DNA from: Candidatus Methylomirabilota bacterium
GTDB taxonomy: Bacteria > Methylomirabilota > Methylomirabilia > Rokubacteriales > CSP1-6
Length of the DNA: 64,000 nucleotides
NCBI GenBank assembly: GCA_046726415.1
Contig: JBKPAK010000103.1
Span: 1 to 64,000, forward strand
Reading direction: 5' to 3'
A program made the position numbers and the translations under genes. A model generated the notes under the pieces. That model did not search any database. It was given only the letters and a program-made list of their open reading frames with translations, and had not been told where the DNA came from. How positions within the stretch are numbered: the stretch's first letter is position 1; each line of letters opens with the position of its first letter. Shown piece after piece: positions 59,373-64,000 of this stretch.

Positions 59373-59897
59373 TCACCGGCTCACTTCGCGCACGAGGTGT
59401 GGCAGCTCCGGAATGAGCAGCTTCTCGAGCGCCAGCCGGCACGCATTTGGCGATCCGGGCAGAGACACGAGGATGCGCCCGGCGTGGATGCCCATCTGGG
59501 CGCGCGAGAGCATGGCGGCGGCGCCCACCTCCTGGTAGGAGAGGATCCGGAACAGCTCGCCGAAGCCGGGGAGTCGCTTCTCGAGCAGAGCCTCCACCGC
59601 CTCGAACGTCGAGTCACGCGAGGTGATTCCGGTTCCCCCGGTGAGCACCACCGCGCGCACGGCCGGGTCGGCGCAGGCTTCCCGGACGATGCGCTGGACC
59701 TCGACGGGCTCGTCGCGCACGATGGCCGAGCCGAACACCGGGTGGCCGGCCGAGACCAGCAGCTCGCGGATCAAGGCGCCGCTGGTATCGGTTTCCGGCG
59801 TCTTCGTGTCGGAAATCGTCAGGACGAAGCAGCCCACGGTCTCGGGGGCGCTGGCCTTGTGCGCGCGAGGAGTCGCGGCGGGATCGGAGGCGCTCAT
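59373..59897 (-). CDS. MogA/MoaB family molybdenum cofactor biosynthesis protein
   Basis: TISD, D.SG, TGGTGIT.RD.T.EA, PGFGE, AMLSRA, LPGSP. Confidence 0.92.
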   Translation of the reverse strand: MSASDPAATPRAHKASAPETVGCFVLTISDTKTPETDTSGALIRELLVSAGHPVFGSAIVRDEPVEVQRIVREACADPAVRAVVLTGGTGITSRDSTFEAVEALLEKRLPGFGELFRILSYQEVGAAAMLSRAQMGIHAGRILVSLPGSPNACRLALEKLLIPELPHLVREVSR

Positions 59898-61213
59898 CCA
59901 GCGCCGTAGGCCCGATCGAGGAGCTCGACCAGGTGGAGCACGCGCACCCCTGATCCGCGCTCGCGCAACCCCTTCTCGATCTGCAGGATGCACCCCGGAT
60001 TGGCCGTCACCACCGCCTCAGCGGCGGTAGCCAGGATGTGGTCGATCTTGCGCCGCAGGAGGCGAGCGGCCATCTCGAGTTCGGTGAGGTTGTAGATGCC
60101 GGCCGAGCCACAGCACCAGTCGGACTCCGCGAGGGATACGACCTTCAGTGAGGGCACCTGGGCGAGCAACTGGCGCGGCTGATTCCGGATCTTCTGGCCG
60201 TGCACCACATGGCAAGGGTCGTGATACGCGACGGTCATCGGGACCGCCTGGAGCGGTCCCCGCAGCGGCTCACGGGCCAGGAATTCGGAGATGTCCTGGA
60301 CGCCGGCCGCGAAGCGACGGGCGCGCGGTGCCCAGGTCGGGTCGCCCTCCAGCAAGGTGCCGTAGGCCTTCATGTGGGCGCCGCAGCCCGATGTGTTGAC
60401 GACCACGGCGTCGACGCGTTCCCTCTCGAACGCCTCGATGGTTCGCCGGGCCATGATCAGTGCGCCTGCGTGCTCCCCGCCATGGGCGTTGAGGGCCCCA
60501 CAACATCCCTGTCTCGACGGAACGACGACATCCACTCCGTTCCGCGCGAGGACCCGGGCCGTGGCCCGGTTGTGGGCACCGAACACCACGGACTGAACAC
60601 AGCCGGTGAGGAGCGCCACGCGTGCCCGGCGCGGTCCCTTCGCGGCGATCAGCCGCGGAAGCGCCCTTCGCTCGCGCGCGCCAGGAATGCGGGGCATGAG
60701 CGCTTCCCAGGCGGGAAGCGCTCCCGGCAGCATGCGCACCAGACCGGTGGCGTTCGCCAGAGCTTGCGCGCCCGACACTTGATAGAAACGAAGCGCGGCG
60801 GCGGCCGTCCTCAGCATCGCCGGCCGACCCAGCAGAACGCCGAAGTTGAGCGACCGGAACAGCCGGCGAATGATTCCGCCGGGACGCCGATGCTCGATCT
60901 CCGCCTTGGCGGCTTCGATGAGGCGCCCGTAGGGCACGCCAGCTGGGCAGACTGTCTCACAGGCGCGGCAGTCGAGGCACAGCGATAAGTGTCGCGCCGT
61001 CCCCGCGGACAGAGCAATGCGTCCCTCGGCCAGGGCCTTGATGAGGAAGATGCGCCCGCGGGGGGAGTCCATCTCCGTCCCGAGCTCAGCGAAGGTTGGA
61101 CAGTAGGCCAGGCAAAGCCCGCAATGAACACACTGGTTGACGCCTTCCACCGACATGCCCTGTAGGGCAAGCGGACCGGGTTGGCGTGGCGCTTCGGAAA
61201 CCATGTGCGCCAT
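59894..61213 (-). CDS. glcF: Glycolate oxidase Fe-S subunit
   Basis: CVHCGLC...CPT, SPRGRI, CLDCRAC...CP, two CCG motifs. Confidence 0.9.
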   Translation of the reverse strand: MAHMVSEAPRQPGPLALQGMSVEGVNQCVHCGLCLAYCPTFAELGTEMDSPRGRIFLIKALAEGRIALSAGTARHLSLCLDCRACETVCPAGVPYGRLIEAAKAEIEHRRPGGIIRRLFRSLNFGVLLGRPAMLRTAAAALRFYQVSGAQALANATGLVRMLPGALPAWEALMPRIPGARERRALPRLIAAKGPRRARVALLTGCVQSVVFGAHNRATARVLARNGVDVVVPSRQGCCGALNAHGGEHAGALIMARRTIEAFERERVDAVVVNTSGCGAHMKAYGTLLEGDPTWAPRARRFAAGVQDISEFLAREPLRGPLQAVPMTVAYHDPCHVVHGQKIRNQPRQLLAQVPSLKVVSLAESDWCCGSAGIYNLTELEMAARLLRRKIDHILATAAEAVVTANPGCILQIEKGLRERGSGVRVLHLVELLDRAYGAG

Positions 61214-61221
61214 GGCCGGCC

Positions 61222-62535
61222 CTAGATGCCGGCCACGAAGCGACCGGGGTTGAGGAGATTGGCCGGATCGAGCTGTGCCTTGATGCGCCGCATGAGACGC
61301 CCGGCGGCGCCCAGGTCTTCCCACACCGACACTTCCGACTTCACGGCGAGTGGTGCCCACTCCAAGGTGGCGTGGCCACCGCCGGAATGGGCGAGATCGC
61401 GCCACTCACCGAGCACCGAGGCCACTGATTTCAGATCCGGACGATCGCTTGTCGACCCGAGGGCGGCGGTCACCACGCCCACGCCCGCGTGCGAGGTCCA
61501 GGCCGTGCGGAATCCGCGCTGCTTGGCCACGCTCGCACCCTGCTCCATCAGCTCGGCCACGAGGGTCGGCAGGACATTGAAGCGCATGACGGCCGCGGCG
61601 GCACCCACCGAGGCGCGCGCCGGGAAGCCTCCCGGCGGAGGGCCACCGGCGAGGGGGACGATGCCATGCCCACCCAGCGGCCCGGTGACGGAGGCCAGCT
61701 CCCCGCATTGCCAGTCGACCTGCTCCGGTAAGCCGTCGAAGGCCACCACGAGCGTCGGGATCGCAACCGACGAGACGGCACGGCTCGCGTCGGCGTCCAG
61801 CAACTCCACAGCGCAGGGAATAAGGTCGGCACTCATCATGGCCCGGACGGCCGCGCTCGCATCCTTCAAGCGATCGAAGCGGACGCATACCCAGCGCTCC
61901 GCGTCGGGGACCGGCCGCAGCCTGACGGTCAGATCGACAATGACGCCGAGGGTCCCGTATGAACCGATGAAGAGCTTTGGCAGGTCGTAGCCCGCCACGT
62001 TCTTGACCACCTTGCCGCCGCCGCGCACGATCGCGGCATCGCCGGTGACCACGGTGAGACCGATGAGCTGATCACGGGCAGTGCCGTAGAGATGGCGGCG
62101 CGGACCCGAGGCATTCGCCGCGACGACACCGCCTATGGTGGCGCGATCGGCGTCGGCCGGATCGAGCGACAGCCATTGTCCCCGCACGCGCAGTGCCGCT
62201 TGAAAGCGCGCGAGGGTCATGCCGGCTTGGACGGTGGCCGTCAGATCGCCGGGCTCATGCTCGATGATCTGGTCCAGGCGACCCAAACCGAGCACGATGC
62301 CCATCCGGGCCGGAGGCGCGCCCACTGTGGCGGCTGTCCCTCCTCCCCACGGGATGAGGGTGCTGCCGCACTCTGCCGCGAGCGCCACCACGCTCCGCAC
62401 CTCGTCCACCGACCGCGGGAATACTGCCGCATCGGGCGTCCGCCCCTCGATCACATAGGGGCACAGCTCGATCCCGGTGAGGACGTTGGTGGAGCCGACC
62501 AGGGCGCGGAGCTTTTCGATGACCGCGGGCTGCAT
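61222..62535 (-). CDS. glcE: Glycolate oxidase FAD-binding subunit
   Basis: HEPGDLT, GGKVVKNVAGYDL.KLF.GS.GTLG, LDP...LNPGR. Confidence 0.88.
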   Translation of the reverse strand: MQPAVIEKLRALVGSTNVLTGIELCPYVIEGRTPDAAVFPRSVDEVRSVVALAAECGSTLIPWGGGTAATVGAPPARMGIVLGLGRLDQIIEHEPGDLTATVQAGMTLARFQAALRVRGQWLSLDPADADRATIGGVVAANASGPRRHLYGTARDQLIGLTVVTGDAAIVRGGGKVVKNVAGYDLPKLFIGSYGTLGVIVDLTVRLRPVPDAERWVCVRFDRLKDASAAVRAMMSADLIPCAVELLDADASRAVSSVAIPTLVVAFDGLPEQVDWQCGELASVTGPLGGHGIVPLAGGPPPGGFPARASVGAAAAVMRFNVLPTLVAELMEQGASVAKQRGFRTAWTSHAGVGVVTAALGSTSDRPDLKSVASVLGEWRDLAHSGGGHATLEWAPLAVKSEVSVWEDLGAAGRLMRRIKAQLDPANLLNPGRFVAGI

Positions 62536-62555
62536 GAGAGCCACCGCGCCCGCGC

Positions 62556-64000
62556 CTAGAAGCGCTGGGCGAGGCCCTTCTCCTCGATGGCGTGAGGCCG
62601 GTAGGCCACGGGGCCGACCTCGATACAGGATTTTCGGGTGGGAAAGACCTTCCCCGGATTGCAGAGCCCCCGGGGATTGAACGCGTTCTTCAGTCGCTGC
62701 ATCAGCTCGAGATCGGACGCCGAGAAGATGAACGGCATGAAATCGGCTTTCTCCAGACCGATGCCATGCTCCCCGGAGATCGACCCCCCCACCTCGGCGC
62801 ACACCCTCATGATCTCCGCGCCGGCCGCCACGACCCGCTGCTCCTCGCCGGGCCGGCGCGGGTCGTAGAGGATATTGGGGTGCAGGTTGCCGTCGCCCGC
62901 GTGGAAGACGTTCCCCACCCGCAGCGCGTGCTCGGCGATAATCTCGTTGACTCGCCGGAGCACGTACGGCAGTCTTGTGCGCGGGATGACGCCGTCCATC
63001 ACCATGTAGGCGGGGGAGAGGCGGCCATACGCCCCAAAAGCCGACTTGCGACCTTTCCAGAGAAGCTGGCGCTCGGCCTCATCCCGGGCCGTGCGGATCT
63101 CCCGGGCGCCGACGTCCCGGCACGCCTGTACGATCCGCTCCACTTGCGCAGCCATGCCCACGGAGAGGCCGTCCAGCTCGATCAGGAGCGCAGCCGCCGC
63201 GTCGCGCGGATAACCGCACTGGAACGCGTCCTCTACGGCCTGGATCGTGAGGTGATCGATCATTTCCATCGCCGCCGGTACCAGTCCACGCGCAATGACC
63301 GCGGAGACCGCCTCTGAGGCCCCGTTGACATCGTCGAAGATGGCCAGGACCGTCTTGACGGCCTGCGGCTTCTTGAGAATGCGAACCACGATGGCCGTGG
63401 CGATGCCGAAGGTGCCCTCGGAGCCGACGAAGACGCCGGCCAGATCGTACCCGGGCGCCTCGCGTGTCTTCCCCCCGAGCCAGACCACCTCGCCATCAGG
63501 CATGACGACTTCGAGGCCCAAGACGTGGTTGGTGGTCACGCCGTACTTGAGCGTATGAGGCCCGCCCGAGTTGTTGGCGATGTTGCCCCCAATCGTGCAG
63601 GCCTGCTGGCTCGAGGGATCGGGCGCGTAGTAGTACCCTCGCGAACCCACGGCCCACGACAAGTGCAGGTTGACGAGTCCAGGTTGGACGACCGCGATCT
63701 GGTTGTCGTAGTCGACCTCCAGCACGCGATTCATCCGCATCATCGAGATGACGATGCCCCCTTCCGCGGGCAAGCACCCACCGGATAGGCCGGTGCCCGC
63801 TCCTCGCGCCACGAAGGGAATCCCCTGCCGGTGAGCGAGCCGAACGACATCGGCCACCTGGGCCGTCTCGCGCGGAAATACGACGAAATCGGCCAGGGCG
63901 CGGAAGAGGGTGAGCCCATCCGATTCGTACGTCAGCAGCTCGTCTGGGTCGGCGAGAACGCCATCGCGGCCGAGGATCCCCTCCAACTCCGTCCGGAGAC
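62556..64000 (-). CDS. glcD: Glycolate oxidase subunit GlcD (start probably beyond the window edge)
   Basis: RGAGTGLSGG, YAPDPSSQ.ACTIGGN, HAGDGNLHP, GEHGIG.EK. Confidence 0.9.
   Translation of the reverse strand, partial: LRTELEGILGRDGVLADPDELLTYESDGLTLFRALADFVVFPRETAQVADVVRLAHRQGIPFVARGAGTGLSGGCLPAEGGIVISMMRMNRVLEVDYDNQIAVVQPGLVNLHLSWAVGSRGYYYAPDPSSQQACTIGGNIANNSGGPHTLKYGVTTNHVLGLEVVMPDGEVVWLGGKTREAPGYDLAGVFVGSEGTFGIATAIVVRILKKPQAVKTVLAIFDDVNGASEAVSAVIARGLVPAAMEMIDHLTIQAVEDAFQCGYPRDAAAALLIELDGLSVGMAAQVERIVQACRDVGAREIRTARDEAERQLLWKGRKSAFGAYGRLSPAYMVMDGVIPRTRLPYVLRRVNEIIAEHALRVGNVFHAGDGNLHPNILYDPRRPGEEQRVVAAGAEIMRVCAEVGGSISGEHGIGLEKADFMPFIFSASDLELMQRLKNAFNPRGLCNPGKVFPTRKSCIEVGPVAYRPHAIEEKGLAQRF

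Overview
High-GC bacterial chromosomal window with about 55 genes, mostly metabolic or housekeeping. These include three Dpp/Opp-type ABC transporter modules, amidases and an amidohydrolase, CoA-dependent catabolic enzymes, lemA/TPM genes, an RND pump, greA, ppiD, trmI, queC with a preQ transporter, moeB, mogA/moaB and glcDEF. The gene content and GC-rich palindromes suggest a Rokubacteria/Methylomirabilota-like organism (inference only). I recognised no rRNA, tRNA, CRISPR array or intact mobile element. Highlights: (1) a rhodanese-MoeB gene interrupted by an in-frame TGA exactly at the conserved PS-C-xEAGVLG cysteine and followed by a SECIS-like hairpin, so a probable selenoprotein; (2) a ~65-bp structured repeat family at four loci (two tandem arrays, two single copies), each ending precisely on the ATG of the downstream gene; (3) many -10 boxes 5-10 nt before start codons, pointing to leaderless mRNAs; (4) a standalone DGQHR-domain gene next to a truncated EamA gene; (5) a scar region containing Fic, recombinase-like and aminotransferase fragments; (6) an HExxH-DinB in-frame fusion with an internal RBS; (7) several unannotated small ORFs. 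All calls come from manual reading of the sequence, with no database searches.
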